From Candidatus Binataceae bacterium (GTDB lineage: Bacteria; Desulfobacterota; Binatia; Binatales; Binataceae), in assembly GCA_035534935.1 (NCBI GenBank), contig DATLRA010000071.1:1-56707 (forward strand): 56,707 nt of DNA. The letters run 5' to 3'. Shown here piece after piece: positions 16,578 through 27,063 of the stretch. Numbering within the stretch: position 1 is the stretch's first letter; the number at the start of each line of letters is the position of its first letter. A program made the position numbers and the translations under genes. Under the pieces are notes generated by a model that was not told the origin of the DNA, did not search any database, and saw nothing but the letters and a program-made list of their open reading frames with translations.

Positions 16578-19364
16578 ATGTCAATGCGCCCAAGAATTCT
16601 GCTCTTTTCGATTGCCGCCGCCGTCATCCTGTCGCTCATCGTGCTCAGCTTTGGCGATAGCCTGCTGGTCGATCTGTTGTGGTTCGACTCGCAGGGCTAC
16701 CGGCAGGTCTTTACCACGACGCTGTTTGCCGAGATTGCGATCTTCGGGGGCGTCTTCCTGGTGGCCTTTACCGCGATCCTGATCAGCGGGATGACCGCGC
16801 TGCGGCTGAGCCGCGAGCGCGAGCGGCTGCACGTGGTGCGCCGATCGGAAGACGTCGTCGAGGTCAATCTTCCCGAGCTAATCCGATCGCTCGGCGAGCG
16901 AGTGCCGTGGCGGTTGCTGGTCGTGGCCGGCGCGGTGCTGCTCGGTTTGTTTGCGGCGCAAGGCGAGGCCGCCAACTGGGACGTCTATCTCAAGTCGTTC
17001 TATGGCGTACCGTTCGGGCTGAAAGAGCCGTCGTTCGGCGTCGATATCGGCTTTTTCGTCTTCATGCTGCCGCTGCTCGAAGAGCTTCGCGACCTGCTGC
17101 TGCTGGTTTTGTTCCTGACCTCGGCGCTGACCGTGGCGATCTACTGGGCGCGCGGAGCGCTCGACTTCCGCGAATCGCCGCCGCAGATCTCGTCGGGCTG
17201 CGCGGCGCATCTGTCGGTCCTGCTCGGCATATTTTTCCTGCAGCGCGCGTTCAGCTACTGGATTGCGCGCTACGAGCTGACCCTGCACAGCAACGGCGTG
17301 GTCTTCGGCGTGCGTTACGTCGATCACATGCTCTGGCAACCGGGCTTGTGGCTGCTGGCCGCGCTGGGGGCGGTCGCCGCCGTGACCTGCTTCATCAACG
17401 TGCGCGAGCGCGGCTTGCGGCTGCCGGTCGCCGCCGCCGTGGTGCTGTTCGGCCCGGTGGTCATCCTGAATCTGCTGCAGCCGGTAATCGAGCGGCTGTG
17501 GGTCAAACCCGACGAACTCCGGATCGAGCAGCCCTATCTCGTGAACAATATCGAAATGACGCGGCGCGCCTACCAGCTCGACGGGGTCGACGTTAAGCCG
17601 TTCGCCGGTCTGGGCAAGCTGACGCCGGCGTCGCTCGAGGAGGATTCGACCACGGTCAAGAATATCCGGCTGTGGGATCCGCGCCCGCTCATCGCAACCT
17701 ACCGGCAATTGCAGGAAATCCGGCTCTACTATGATTTTCGCGACGTCGATATCGATCGCTACATGATCGAGGGCGACTACTCGCAGGTGATGCTCTCGGC
17801 GCGCGAACTCAACGTCGACCTGCTGGCCGACAATGCGCAGACCTGGGTCAATCGCCACTTGAAGTTCACCCATGGTTACGGCCTCGTGATGAGCCCGGTG
17901 CATACCAAGGATCAGGAGGGGCTGCCGTACCTGTACGTCAAGAATATTCCGCCGCAGTCCGACGTGGGCCTCAAGATTGACACCCCGGGAATCTATTTTG
18001 GCGAAGAGCCCGACATCTATTGTATCGTCAAAGCGCTGACGCCGGAGTTCGATTACCCGAGTGGCAACGACAACGTCTCCGACTTCTACAAGGCCAACGC
18101 GGGCGTCGCGATCAGCGGCTTCTGGCGGCGCCTGCTGTTCAGCTTGTACTTTCGCGATATCAACCTGCTGGTGACCGAGAATATTATCAGCGGCAGCCGG
18201 ATCCTGATGCGCCGCAACATCAGCCAGCGCATCGCGTACCTGGCGCCGTTCCTGAACCAGGATCGCGATCCGTACATGGCGGTGCACGACGGCGCGCTGT
18301 ACTGGTTCGTCGATGGCTACACGATCAGCGATCACTATCCCGATTCGCAGACCAATGACTATCAGATCAACTACATACGCAATTCCGTCAAAGTAGTAGT
18401 CAATGCATACACCGGCGAGACTACTTTTTACGTGGCGGATCCCGACGATCCGGTGATTCGCACGTGGGAGCGGATCTATCCCGGAATGTTCAAGCCGATG
18501 AGCGGGATGGCGCCCGATCTGCGCGCGCATATCCGCTACCCCGAGGATTTCTTCCTGATGCAGGCGCAGATGTACGCCACGTACCATATGACCGACCCGT
18601 CGGTGTTCTACAATCGCGAGGATCTGTGGGATTTCCCGCGCGATAACTACGCCGACGAGACCGTGCCGATGCAGCCCTACTACGTAATCATGCGGCTGCC
18701 CGGGCAAACCCGTGCGGAATATATCCTGATGCTGCCGATGGTGCCGAAAGGGCGCGATAACATGATCGCGTGGCTGGCCGCGCGCTGCGACGGCGCCGAT
18801 TACGGCCATCTGTTCGAGTACGCGTTCTCGAAGGACCGGCTGTTCTACGGGCCCTATCAAATCCAGGCGCGGATCAACCAGAACCCCGAAATCTCCCAGC
18901 AATACTCGTTGTGGAACCAGATGGGTTCGAAAGTGATACTGGGTAATCTACTGGTTATTCCGATCGAGGATTCCCTGCTCTATGTCGAGCCGTTGTATAT
19001 CCGCGCGGAGAACGGCCAGTTGCCCGAACTGCAGCGCGTGCTGGCCTCGTACAGTGATCGCACGGTGATGGGCAGCGATCTCGAATCGACCCTGGCGGCG
19101 CTGTTCGGGGCGCCGCAGAACGCCGCGCCGGTGATGACCCGGTCGGCGTCGCCGATCGGGATGGGCGCGCCGCCGGTGATCGGCGCTCCCGCGCTCGCGA
19201 ACGCCAGGCCGCCCGCCAATGCACCGCCCGATCTCGAGGGGGCCGCGGGGCACTATAATCGCGCGCTGACCGCCTTGCGCCAGGGCGACTGGACCAGTTT
19301 CGGCGTCGAGATGCAAAAGCTGGGGGCGCAACTCGGACATGGAGGTGACACGGCCCCGCATTGA
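16578..19364 (+). CDS. UPF0182 family membrane protein
   Basis: 928 aa with an N-terminal multi-TM region followed by a large soluble domain. The block PYLVNNIEMTRRAYQLD is typical of UPF0182. Confidence 0.85.
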   Translation: MSMRPRILLFSIAAAVILSLIVLSFGDSLLVDLLWFDSQGYRQVFTTTLFAEIAIFGGVFLVAFTAILISGMTALRLSRERERLHVVRRSEDVVEVNLPELIRSLGERVPWRLLVVAGAVLLGLFAAQGEAANWDVYLKSFYGVPFGLKEPSFGVDIGFFVFMLPLLEELRDLLLLVLFLTSALTVAIYWARGALDFRESPPQISSGCAAHLSVLLGIFFLQRAFSYWIARYELTLHSNGVVFGVRYVDHMLWQPGLWLLAALGAVAAVTCFINVRERGLRLPVAAAVVLFGPVVILNLLQPVIERLWVKPDELRIEQPYLVNNIEMTRRAYQLDGVDVKPFAGLGKLTPASLEEDSTTVKNIRLWDPRPLIATYRQLQEIRLYYDFRDVDIDRYMIEGDYSQVMLSARELNVDLLADNAQTWVNRHLKFTHGYGLVMSPVHTKDQEGLPYLYVKNIPPQSDVGLKIDTPGIYFGEEPDIYCIVKALTPEFDYPSGNDNVSDFYKANAGVAISGFWRRLLFSLYFRDINLLVTENIISGSRILMRRNISQRIAYLAPFLNQDRDPYMAVHDGALYWFVDGYTISDHYPDSQTNDYQINYIRNSVKVVVNAYTGETTFYVADPDDPVIRTWERIYPGMFKPMSGMAPDLRAHIRYPEDFFLMQAQMYATYHMTDPSVFYNREDLWDFPRDNYADETVPMQPYYVIMRLPGQTRAEYILMLPMVPKGRDNMIAWLAARCDGADYGHLFEYAFSKDRLFYGPYQIQARINQNPEISQQYSLWNQMGSKVILGNLLVIPIEDSLLYVEPLYIRAENGQLPELQRVLASYSDRTVMGSDLESTLAALFGAPQNAAPVMTRSASPIGMGAPPVIGAPALANARPPANAPPDLEGAAGHYNRALTALRQGDWTSFGVEMQKLGAQLGHGGDTAPH

Positions 19365-19388
19365 GATGCGGGTCGCGCGCCACGCGCC

Positions 19389-21068
19389 ATGGCGATCGAG
19401 CTTTCAGCCCACTCCCGCGCCGCCGGCCCGCGCGAATGGAATCCGGGCGGATCGGACGGCGCAATCGGCGCGGAGATCGGCGCGATCGCCGCAATGGCGG
19501 CGGGGATGTTCACCGCGGGACGCTGCCGCATCGTATGGCATTGCGGTGCCGAAAACGGGATTAGCGAGGCGCCCGAGGGATCGCGCGGCGACCTCATCCT
19601 CGACGCGGTGTTGGCCGTCCTGGCGCGCTATCCGGCCGCGCGCGAGGCTCGCTCCGACGGCGTGTTCTGCCTCGGGCCCGACGATCTGGGGCCGATCGGA
19701 CGGCGGCCGTCTGATAGCGGCCGGCTCGAAGCCGCGATTGCGGCCGTCGGCAATCCCGCATCGGGCGCGGCGCACGCGACCGTCGCGCTGATCGCACCGG
19801 CAGGCTATCGCGCCGCGGATCTCAAGGCGGCCGCCGAATTGGCCGCGCGCGCGGTGATTGGCCTGATGCGCTCGGCGAGTGGCGCCGCCTCGCGCGAGTT
19901 CTGGCAGCGCCGGGCAAGCGACACCGCCACGCGGCTCTCGCGGGTCCGCGCGGATACCACCGCCGGCGCCGCCGAGGAGCGGCGTATCGCGGCGGCGCTG
20001 GCGGCGGCCGGCAAGCTCCGTCCGCGCCATCGCTACACCGGTCTCGGATCGATCTTCGCGGCGCTCGGGCCGTTCGACGCATGGATCGTCGCAAGCGTCG
20101 GCAATCCGGCCGGAGGAGATCGAACCCGGCATGACTTGAGCGTCGCCGCGTCGTCCGGCGTACTGGCCGCGGCCGCGCCGACCGATCGTGCGGGCCCGCT
20201 GGCCGCCCCGAGCGCGCTGGCCGAATGCTTCCGGCGCCAGGTCACGATGGTCCGCGCGCCACGGCCGGGCCAGCGCGGCGCGTTCGGCGAGGATCGGCTG
20301 TTCGCGCAATTTCCCGCCTATCTATGTGTACCGCTGGTGTGCGGCGCGATTGGGCTGGCCGCGCGTCAGGCGCCGGAGGAAGCGGTCGTCGCCCGGCTCG
20401 AGCGGCTGGCCGCGGGTCTTGAGCCGCTGGTCAGGGCGTGGTCGATGGAGGCCGAAATCGCCGGCTTGCACGGGCTCGTCCGCAGCCTCGGGATGCGCAT
20501 GTTCGGTGCGATCGACGCCGAGCGTGCACGGATTGCCCGCGACCTGCACGACCATCAGGCGCAACTGCTCGCCGCCGCGCGCATCGCGATTGAAGCGGGT
20601 CCGGACGAAGCACGCGGGGTTTTCAAGCAACTGGAAGACGCGCTGCGGCTGCGCGTGCGCGAACTCCGGCCAGCGACGCTTGGCCGATCGACGCTCGAAG
20701 ATGGGCTGCGTTACGAACTGCGCCGGCTCGCCGACGCGGGCATCAAGGGGCGCCTGATGCATGCCGAGCGCATGGCGGCGCTGACCCGTCCGGTGCAGCA
20801 GGTCTGCTACCAGGTCGCGCGCGAGGCGCTGGCCAACGTGATGCGCCATGCGGGGGCGAGCCGGGTCGAGATCGCGATTGAAAAACGCGGCGGCCGCGTG
20901 CGCCTGTCGATTCGCGACAACGGCCACGGGATGCGCGCCGGCGCGAGTCCGGCCGGAATGGGTCTCAGCGGACTCGGCGAGCGGCTGGAATTGATGGGCG
21001 GGCGGCTCAGGGTCGAATCGAAGATCGGTGCGACCCGGCTCATCGCCGAACTGCCGGAGACCGTGTGA
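19389..21068 (+). CDS. Sensor histidine kinase (HisKA_3 / NarL-partner type) with a long unassigned N-terminal region
   Basis: The H-box is ARDLHDHQAQ (His at about residue 387) and the HATPase_c motifs include DNGHGM and GLSGLGERL. I saw no convincing TM helix. Confidence 0.85.
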   Translation: MAIELSAHSRAAGPREWNPGGSDGAIGAEIGAIAAMAAGMFTAGRCRIVWHCGAENGISEAPEGSRGDLILDAVLAVLARYPAAREARSDGVFCLGPDDLGPIGRRPSDSGRLEAAIAAVGNPASGAAHATVALIAPAGYRAADLKAAAELAARAVIGLMRSASGAASREFWQRRASDTATRLSRVRADTTAGAAEERRIAAALAAAGKLRPRHRYTGLGSIFAALGPFDAWIVASVGNPAGGDRTRHDLSVAASSGVLAAAAPTDRAGPLAAPSALAECFRRQVTMVRAPRPGQRGAFGEDRLFAQFPAYLCVPLVCGAIGLAARQAPEEAVVARLERLAAGLEPLVRAWSMEAEIAGLHGLVRSLGMRMFGAIDAERARIARDLHDHQAQLLAAARIAIEAGPDEARGVFKQLEDALRLRVRELRPATLGRSTLEDGLRYELRRLADAGIKGRLMHAERMAALTRPVQQVCYQVAREALANVMRHAGASRVEIAIEKRGGRVRLSIRDNGHGMRAGASPAGMGLSGLGERLELMGGRLRVESKIGATRLIAELPETV

Positions 21069-21727
21069 ACCCGGCCGCCGCGGCGATTCGCGTGCTGCTC
21101 GCCGACGACCATCGCGTGCTGCTCGGCTCGCTGCGCGCCCTGCTCGAACGCCACGGCTGCATCGTGGTCGGCGAGGCGACCACCGGCGAGGAGGCGGTCG
21201 CACTGGCGATGCGCGTGCGTCCGCAGGTCATCGTCATGGACCTTGAGATGCCGGGGACCGGCGGGCTCGCCGCGGCGCATCGGATGGCCAAGCTGGTGCC
21301 AGCGGCGAAAGTGCTGATCCTGAGCGCGCATGACGAGGATAACGACGTGATCGAGGCGCTCTCGGAGGCCGGTGTGGCCGGTTACCTGGTCAAGAGTGAC
21401 GCGCCCGACGAGCTGATCAACGCGGTGCACATTGTGAGCGGCGGGCGGCGCTATTTGAGTCCGTCGGTCGCGCCAATCCTGCTCGGGCGGCTCAAGGATC
21501 CGCGGGCCGGCCAGCGCGGCGCCCGCTCCGCGATCACGCGGCGCGAGCGCGAGGTCTTGCGCCTCATCGGGCAGGGCGCAACCAGCAAGGATATCGCGCA
21601 GACGCTCGGCATCAGTCCCAAGACCGCGCAGGTGCATCGCGAAAATCTCAAAGACAAACTTGGCCTGCGCACCACCGCCGACATCGTGCGCTACGCGATC
21701 AAGCACAAGATCGTGAAGCTCGACTAG
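21065..21727 (+). CDS. Response regulator, NarL/LuxR family
   Basis: Receiver domain (VLLADDH...VIVMDLEMPG) plus a LuxR HTH (LTRREREVLRLIGQGATSKDIA). The GTG start overlaps the kinase stop by 4 nt. Confidence 0.92.
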   Translation: MNPAAAAIRVLLADDHRVLLGSLRALLERHGCIVVGEATTGEEAVALAMRVRPQVIVMDLEMPGTGGLAAAHRMAKLVPAAKVLILSAHDEDNDVIEALSEAGVAGYLVKSDAPDELINAVHIVSGGRRYLSPSVAPILLGRLKDPRAGQRGARSAITRREREVLRLIGQGATSKDIAQTLGISPKTAQVHRENLKDKLGLRTTADIVRYAIKHKIVKLD

Positions 21728-21938
21728 CCGCGTGCCCGGCTGGCGATCGGCGCGATTTAACTTCGGCCGGCACAGTGCTAGTAGATCGCGATACGGGGCG
21801 CGCGCTGTCTCAGGGACCATTCCCACGCGGGGCAACGGTGGGTGTCGCGCCGCCGGATAGTGACAAGATGGTCGATTTCCATACGCTTTGACGAGTCGGC
21901 CCGTTCGCGCATCTGATGACCAGCAAAGAGGATTAGCC

Positions 21939-22616
21939 ATGGCGGATTTTGGACTGTTCGAAACGATGTACTCGGCCGGTGCCATCCGGCGGATCAGGCC
22001 CGACCCGGTGCCCGACGAAATCATTACCAAGGTGCTCGACGCGGCGATTCGCGCGCCTTCCGGCAGCAATGCGCAGGCGTGGACCTTTATCGTGGTCAAG
22101 GACGCCGCCAAGCGCCAGCAACTCGGCGCGATCTACAAAAAGGCTTCCGCCATCCTGACCGTGCTCTACGCCGACGCCAAGCCGCCGCCGCACATGGACC
22201 AGTCGAAATTCGATCGCTTCTGGCGCTCCGTGGTCCATCTGTTCAACCACATGGGCGATGCGCCGATCCTGATCGTGCCGTGCCTGAAGCAATCGATGTG
22301 GAGCAACGCGGCGAGCCTGCCCGACGATATCAAGGCGCGGATGGCGTCGGCCGCGCGGATTGCCGGTTCGAGCATCTATCCCGCCGTGCAGAACATTATC
22401 CTGGCCTGCCGCGCGTATGGTCTCGGCACCACGCTGACGACGATTCACGCCTTCTTCGAAGACGAAGTGCGCCAAATTCTGAATCTGCCGCCCGACGTGC
22501 AGTCCTACGCGTTGATGCCGGTGGGTTATCCGCAGGGCAAGCACGGTCCGGTCAGCCGCAAGCCAGTGAACGAAGTCGCCTGCCTCGACGGTTACGGCAA
22601 GCCGTGGCCCGGCTAG
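21939..22616 (+). CDS. Nitroreductase family protein
   Basis: RRIRPDPVPDEII...AIRAPSGSNAQAWTFIVV is a typical nitroreductase N-terminus. Confidence 0.85.
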   Translation: MADFGLFETMYSAGAIRRIRPDPVPDEIITKVLDAAIRAPSGSNAQAWTFIVVKDAAKRQQLGAIYKKASAILTVLYADAKPPPHMDQSKFDRFWRSVVHLFNHMGDAPILIVPCLKQSMWSNAASLPDDIKARMASAARIAGSSIYPAVQNIILACRAYGLGTTLTTIHAFFEDEVRQILNLPPDVQSYALMPVGYPQGKHGPVSRKPVNEVACLDGYGKPWPG

Positions 22617-22693
22617 GCAACCTCATCCTGCTTTGCGATATTCGAGTCGGGCGAAGCGGGCATGGGGTGCGGGCGAGTCTGCGAAGCCGCGGA

Positions 22694-22740
22694 TAAAAAA
22701 AGAGCGAATCGCCGATCGACGATTCGCTCCGTGTTTTTTT
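22694..22740. terminator. Bidirectional intrinsic terminator
   Basis: Perfect 10-bp stem GAGCGAATCG (22702-22711) / CGATTCGCTC (22720-22729) with an 8-nt loop. It is preceded by an A8 run and followed by a T7 run, and lies between convergent genes. Confidence 0.7.
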
Positions 22741-22825
22741 GACTTCAGGCGCCGCGCGCGCCCCGTATGCCAGCTTGCACTGCGGCGATGCGGCGCATCG
22801 GTCAGGTTATCATTCGGCGTATCCG

Positions 22826-23566
22826 TCAGGTCAGGTTCTGCTTGAAGAACGCGACGGTCTTGGGCCACGCCTCGCGCGCGCGCTCGGGATTGTAGGACGG
22901 ACGATCTTCGCACATGAAGCCGTGGTCGGCGTCGGCGTAGAGCACGACCTCGGCCGGCTTGCCGGCCTGGTTGAGGGCGTCGCGGAACTTGTCGACCTCG
23001 GCCATGGGGATGAACGCGTCCTTGCCGCCGAAAAACGCCATCACGGGCCCCTTAAGATTCGCCGCGTAATCGGTCGGCGCCTTGCCGCCCGGCTGACCGG
23101 CGCGGGTCATGCCGCCGCCGTAATAGGGCGCGGTCGCACGCACGTCGGCGTTGCGCACGGCGGTCAGAAAGGCGACCCGGCCGCCCATGCAGAAGCCGGT
23201 CGTGCCGAAGGTGTGTTTGGCTTCCTTGAGGGTCTTGACGTAATCGATCGCCGCCGTCATGTCGGCGACAATCTGATCGTCGGTCAGGCTCTGCATCAGC
23301 TTGATCGCGCCGGGCAGATTGTCGTAGCCGACGACGTTGTCGCGATGGCGAAAATAGAGATTCGGCGAGATCACGACAAAGCCTTCGGCGGCGAAGCGGT
23401 CGGAGATCCCGCGGATCTGGTTATTGAGGCCGAACGCTTCCATCACCACGACCAGCGCCGGATACGGACCGCCGGCGGCCGGCCGCGCCACGTGGCACGG
23501 CATACTTTCGCTGCCATTCTTGACCATCACTTCGTGCTTCACAATATCCATCGTTGCCTCCGTCAT
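22826..23566 (-). CDS. Dienelactone hydrolase family protein (second copy in the window)
   Basis: PALVVVMEAFGL...GFCMGG shows the DLH pattern. Confidence 0.88.
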   Translation of the reverse strand: MTEATMDIVKHEVMVKNGSESMPCHVARPAAGGPYPALVVVMEAFGLNNQIRGISDRFAAEGFVVISPNLYFRHRDNVVGYDNLPGAIKLMQSLTDDQIVADMTAAIDYVKTLKEAKHTFGTTGFCMGGRVAFLTAVRNADVRATAPYYGGGMTRAGQPGGKAPTDYAANLKGPVMAFFGGKDAFIPMAEVDKFRDALNQAGKPAEVVLYADADHGFMCEDRPSYNPERAREAWPKTVAFFKQNLT

Positions 23567-23872
23567 GCATCATCCCGCCGGCCGGCGGGTGCGCGATTCT
23601 GCGGTGGCGCGGCGCGAACGCCGCGATTCGCTCAGGCCACCCAACCCGGCTCGCCGTCGAGGGCGGCTGTCGGGCGGCGCGGAGCCCTGGCGCATCGATC
23701 CTCTTTCGCACACAAAACCATCAGGCTCAAGTCCGCGTGAATGCAATGGTGCTCGCCCGCGCGCGGCGCGCCCGCTAGTATACGCCGCGCGATCGGGCCG
23801 GAGGGCGATCGATCCGGTTGCCGCGGTTTGAATTTACCAATTGCTCGAATCGCGCGCGGCGCCGAAACAATC

Positions 23873-24574
23873 ATGATCCAGTTGCGTGACAGCGAAGCGA
23901 CGCGCCGGCTGACGCCGATCAATTCGATTTTGATCGCCGCCAACCTCGTGGTCTTCGTGCTCGAGGCGAGGGAGGGCCGCGCCGCCGGCGCGATCGTCGC
24001 GCGCTATGCGATGGTCCCGGAGCGGGTCGCGCGGATTGGCGCGGAGCCGGCCGCCGCGGCCCTGCGCGCGATCGCGACGCTAGTCACCTCGATGTTTCTC
24101 CACGCGGGCCTGCTGCATCTCGCGGGCAATATGCTCTACCTGCTGATCTTCGGGCCGGTGGTCGAAAATCGGCTGGGGGCGGTGCGCTACGCGATCTTCT
24201 ACCTGGCGGCCGGTGTGGCGGCCGGCCTCGCGATGGTCGCGATGGGTCCGGCGTCGCCCGTCGCCGTGATCGGCGCGAGCGGCGCGATCGCGGGCGTGCT
24301 CGGCGCCTACTTCGTGCTGCATCCGCGCGCGCGGATTACGGTGATTCTGCCGCTGATCATTTTTTTTACGACCGTGCAGATTCCCGCGCTGTTCTTTCTG
24401 CTGGCGTGGTTCGCCGTCCAGCTTTACGCCGGGATCGCGGCGGGCGCCGAGGGGCCGATTGTTGGTGGCGTCGCATGGTGGGCCCACGTGGGCGGCTTTC
24501 TCTTCGGCGTCGCGATCGCGCCGATGCTCGCGCGCGCCCGGCCGGCCCCGGCGCGCCGTCCGCGCCGCGCTTGA
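23873..24574 (+). CDS. Rhomboid family intramembrane serine protease
   Basis: Multi-TM protein with the GASGAIAGVLG catalytic-Ser motif and a downstream WAHVGGFLFG His motif. Confidence 0.85.
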   Translation: MIQLRDSEATRRLTPINSILIAANLVVFVLEAREGRAAGAIVARYAMVPERVARIGAEPAAAALRAIATLVTSMFLHAGLLHLAGNMLYLLIFGPVVENRLGAVRYAIFYLAAGVAAGLAMVAMGPASPVAVIGASGAIAGVLGAYFVLHPRARITVILPLIIFFTTVQIPALFFLLAWFAVQLYAGIAAGAEGPIVGGVAWWAHVGGFLFGVAIAPMLARARPAPARRPRRA

Positions 24575-24718
24575 TCTGTTGATAGTGTGTACAGATGGCG
24601 GGTGGCGCGCGCACTTGTACTTGCCGCCGCGACGGACGATGCGGATACTGAAATCGTAATCCGGGCCGCCGCGTCGAGGCGCGGTGGCGAGGCGATTGCG
24701 GCAGTGTGGGGTTGGCAG

Positions 24719-26095
24719 GTGGCGGTGGCCGACGATATTTTCAAAAGAGTTCCTCCCCAGAATATCGAGGCTGAGCAATCGGTGCTCGGCGCGATTCTGC
24801 TCGACAACGAGGCCATCAACCAGGCGCTCGAAGTGCTGAGCGCGGACGACTTCTACCGCGAGACCCATCGCGAGATTTACCGCGCGATGACCGACCTCAC
24901 GGATCGCAACCGGCCGGTCGATGCGATTACGCTGAGCGAGGCGCTGCGCACCCGCAACGCGCTCGAGGCGGCCGGCGGCGCCGCCTATATCGCCGAGTTG
25001 GCCGCCAGCGTGCCGACCGCCGCCAACGTCAGCCATTACGCCCGCATCGTGCGCGAAAAGGCGGTGCTGCGCATGCTGGCCTCGACCGCCACCGAGATCG
25101 CGTCGGGCGCGTTCGACGTGCCCGCGAACGTCGAAGACTACCTCGACGCCGCCGAGCATCGGGTCTTCGAGATTGCCGAGCGCCGCATCAATCCCGCCTT
25201 CCACAACATGCGCGAGGTCACCCGGGCGACCATCGGAGTGCTTGAGAAACTCTTCGGCCGCAAGGAGATGGTCACCGGCGTGCCGACCGGCTTTACTGAT
25301 TTCGATCGCATCACGGCGGGCCTGCAGCCTTCGGACCTGATCATCATCGCCGCGCGGCCGAGTATGGGTAAGACCGCGCTCGCCTTGAATATCGCGGCGC
25401 ATGCGGCGATGTACGCCGATCCGCAGGTAGGCGTAGCCTTTTTCTCGCTGGAAATGTCCAAAGAGCAACTCGCCCTGCGCATGCTCTGCTCGGACGCGCG
25501 GGTCGACAGCGCGCGCGTGCGCACCGGCCACTTCTCCAGCGAGGAGTTTATGACGCTGGTGCAGGCGGCGGATCGCCTGAGCGGCGCGAAACTTTTCATC
25601 GACGATTCCTCCGACATCACGCCGATCATCCTGAAGGCCAAATGCCGCCGCCTGGCACGGGAAAAAGAGGTCAATCTCGGCCTGATCATCGTCGATTACC
25701 TGCAACTCATGAGGCCGCCGAAAGGCGTCGATAACCGTTCGCTCGAACTGGCCGAAATTTCGCGCTCGCTCAAGGCGCTGGCCAAGGAACTCAAGGTGCC
25801 GGTGATCGCGCTCTCGCAGCTCAACCGCCAGGTCGAGACCCGCCCCGATCGCCGTCCGCTGCTCGCCGATCTGCGCGAGTCGGGCGCAATCGAGCAGGAC
25901 GCTGATGTCATCGCCTTCATCTATCGCGACGAGATGTACCATCGCGACAGCAAGGAGGCGGGCGTCGCCGAAGTGATCGTGGCCAAGCAGCGTAACGGTC
26001 CGACCGACACCGCCCGGCTGACCTACCTGAGCCAGTACACGCGCTTTGAGAATTACGCGCCCGAGTCGGGCATGTTCGAGGAGCGCGAGGGCTGA
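24719..26095 (+). CDS. dnaB: Replicative DNA helicase DnaB
   Basis: PPQNIEAEQSVLGAILLD N-terminus, Walker A (ARPSMGKTALAL) and LSQLNR. The length indicates no intein. The start is uncertain (GTG 24719/24725; the ORF track begins at 24587). Confidence 0.92.
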   Translation: MAVADDIFKRVPPQNIEAEQSVLGAILLDNEAINQALEVLSADDFYRETHREIYRAMTDLTDRNRPVDAITLSEALRTRNALEAAGGAAYIAELAASVPTAANVSHYARIVREKAVLRMLASTATEIASGAFDVPANVEDYLDAAEHRVFEIAERRINPAFHNMREVTRATIGVLEKLFGRKEMVTGVPTGFTDFDRITAGLQPSDLIIIAARPSMGKTALALNIAAHAAMYADPQVGVAFFSLEMSKEQLALRMLCSDARVDSARVRTGHFSSEEFMTLVQAADRLSGAKLFIDDSSDITPIILKAKCRRLAREKEVNLGLIIVDYLQLMRPPKGVDNRSLELAEISRSLKALAKELKVPVIALSQLNRQVETRPDRRPLLADLRESGAIEQDADVIAFIYRDEMYHRDSKEAGVAEVIVAKQRNGPTDTARLTYLSQYTRFENYAPESGMFEEREG

Positions 26096-26187
26096 CGCGC
26101 GCGGCCGGCGGCCGGACCGCGCGGCGATTGCGGCGGCGGCGCGGTCCGGAGTAAGTTCGCGCGAGTTACCCGGCTTGGAGGCTTGGC

Positions 26188-27039
26188 ATGAACCGCTGGC
26201 AAATTGGCGACGTTACCATCACCCGCTTCATCGAACTCGAGACGCTGTCGAAAGGCACCTTCGTACTGCCCGAAGCGACGCTCGAGAACGTCAAGCGCGA
26301 CGCCGCCGCGCTGATGCCGCATTTCTGCGACGAGAACGGCCGCGTGCGCATGAGTGTGCATGCCCTGGTGGTCGAGTCCAAGGGCAAGCGCATCGTCGTC
26401 GACACCTGTATCGGCAACGACAAGCGGCGCGAGGCGCCCGCCTGGAACATGCTCCAGACCAGCTTCCTCAGCGATCTCGAAAAGGGCGGCTTCGCGCCGA
26501 ACACGATTAACTTCGTCATCTGCACGCATCTGCACGTCGATCATGTGGGCTGGAACACCCGGCTGGTCGACGGCCGCTGGGCGCCGACTTTCACCAAGGC
26601 GCGCTACCTGATCGGGCGCACTGAATGGAACCACTGGTCGGAGGAGGACAGCAGTTTCGTCAAGGATCCGATTGACGACTCGGTGCGGCCGATCGTCGAC
26701 GCGGGCCTGGCCGACCTGGTCGAGCCGCAAGAGCACATCACCGACGAGGTCTGGCTGGAATCGACACCGGGCCATACGCCGGGCCATCTGAGCGTGCGGA
26801 TCTCCTCGCGCGGAGCGGACGCCGTGATCACCGGTGACCTGATGCATCATCCGATTCAATGCATCCATCCGGAATGGAACTGCGGCTTCGACTCGATTCC
26901 CGACCAGGCGCGGACCACGCGGCGCGCCTTTCTGGAGCGCTATGCCGATCAGCCGGTGCTCGTGATCGGCACCCACTTCGCGACGCCGACGGCAGGCCAT
27001 ATCGTCAAAGACGGCAGTGCGTGGCGCTTCAAGGTGTGA
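26188..27039 (+). CDS. MBL-fold metallo-hydrolase
   Basis: Has the HLHVDHVGW motif and a later TPGHTPGH. Confidence 0.85.
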   Translation: MNRWQIGDVTITRFIELETLSKGTFVLPEATLENVKRDAAALMPHFCDENGRVRMSVHALVVESKGKRIVVDTCIGNDKRREAPAWNMLQTSFLSDLEKGGFAPNTINFVICTHLHVDHVGWNTRLVDGRWAPTFTKARYLIGRTEWNHWSEEDSSFVKDPIDDSVRPIVDAGLADLVEPQEHITDEVWLESTPGHTPGHLSVRISSRGADAVITGDLMHHPIQCIHPEWNCGFDSIPDQARTTRRAFLERYADQPVLVIGTHFATPTAGHIVKDGSAWRFKV

Positions 27040-27063
27040 GCGCGCGCCGGGCGTGTCGCCGCG

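Noticed and set aside
24587-26095. Intein or other insertion in DnaB.
   Set aside because: The length (about 460-500 aa) and the continuous helicase motifs leave no room for an intein.
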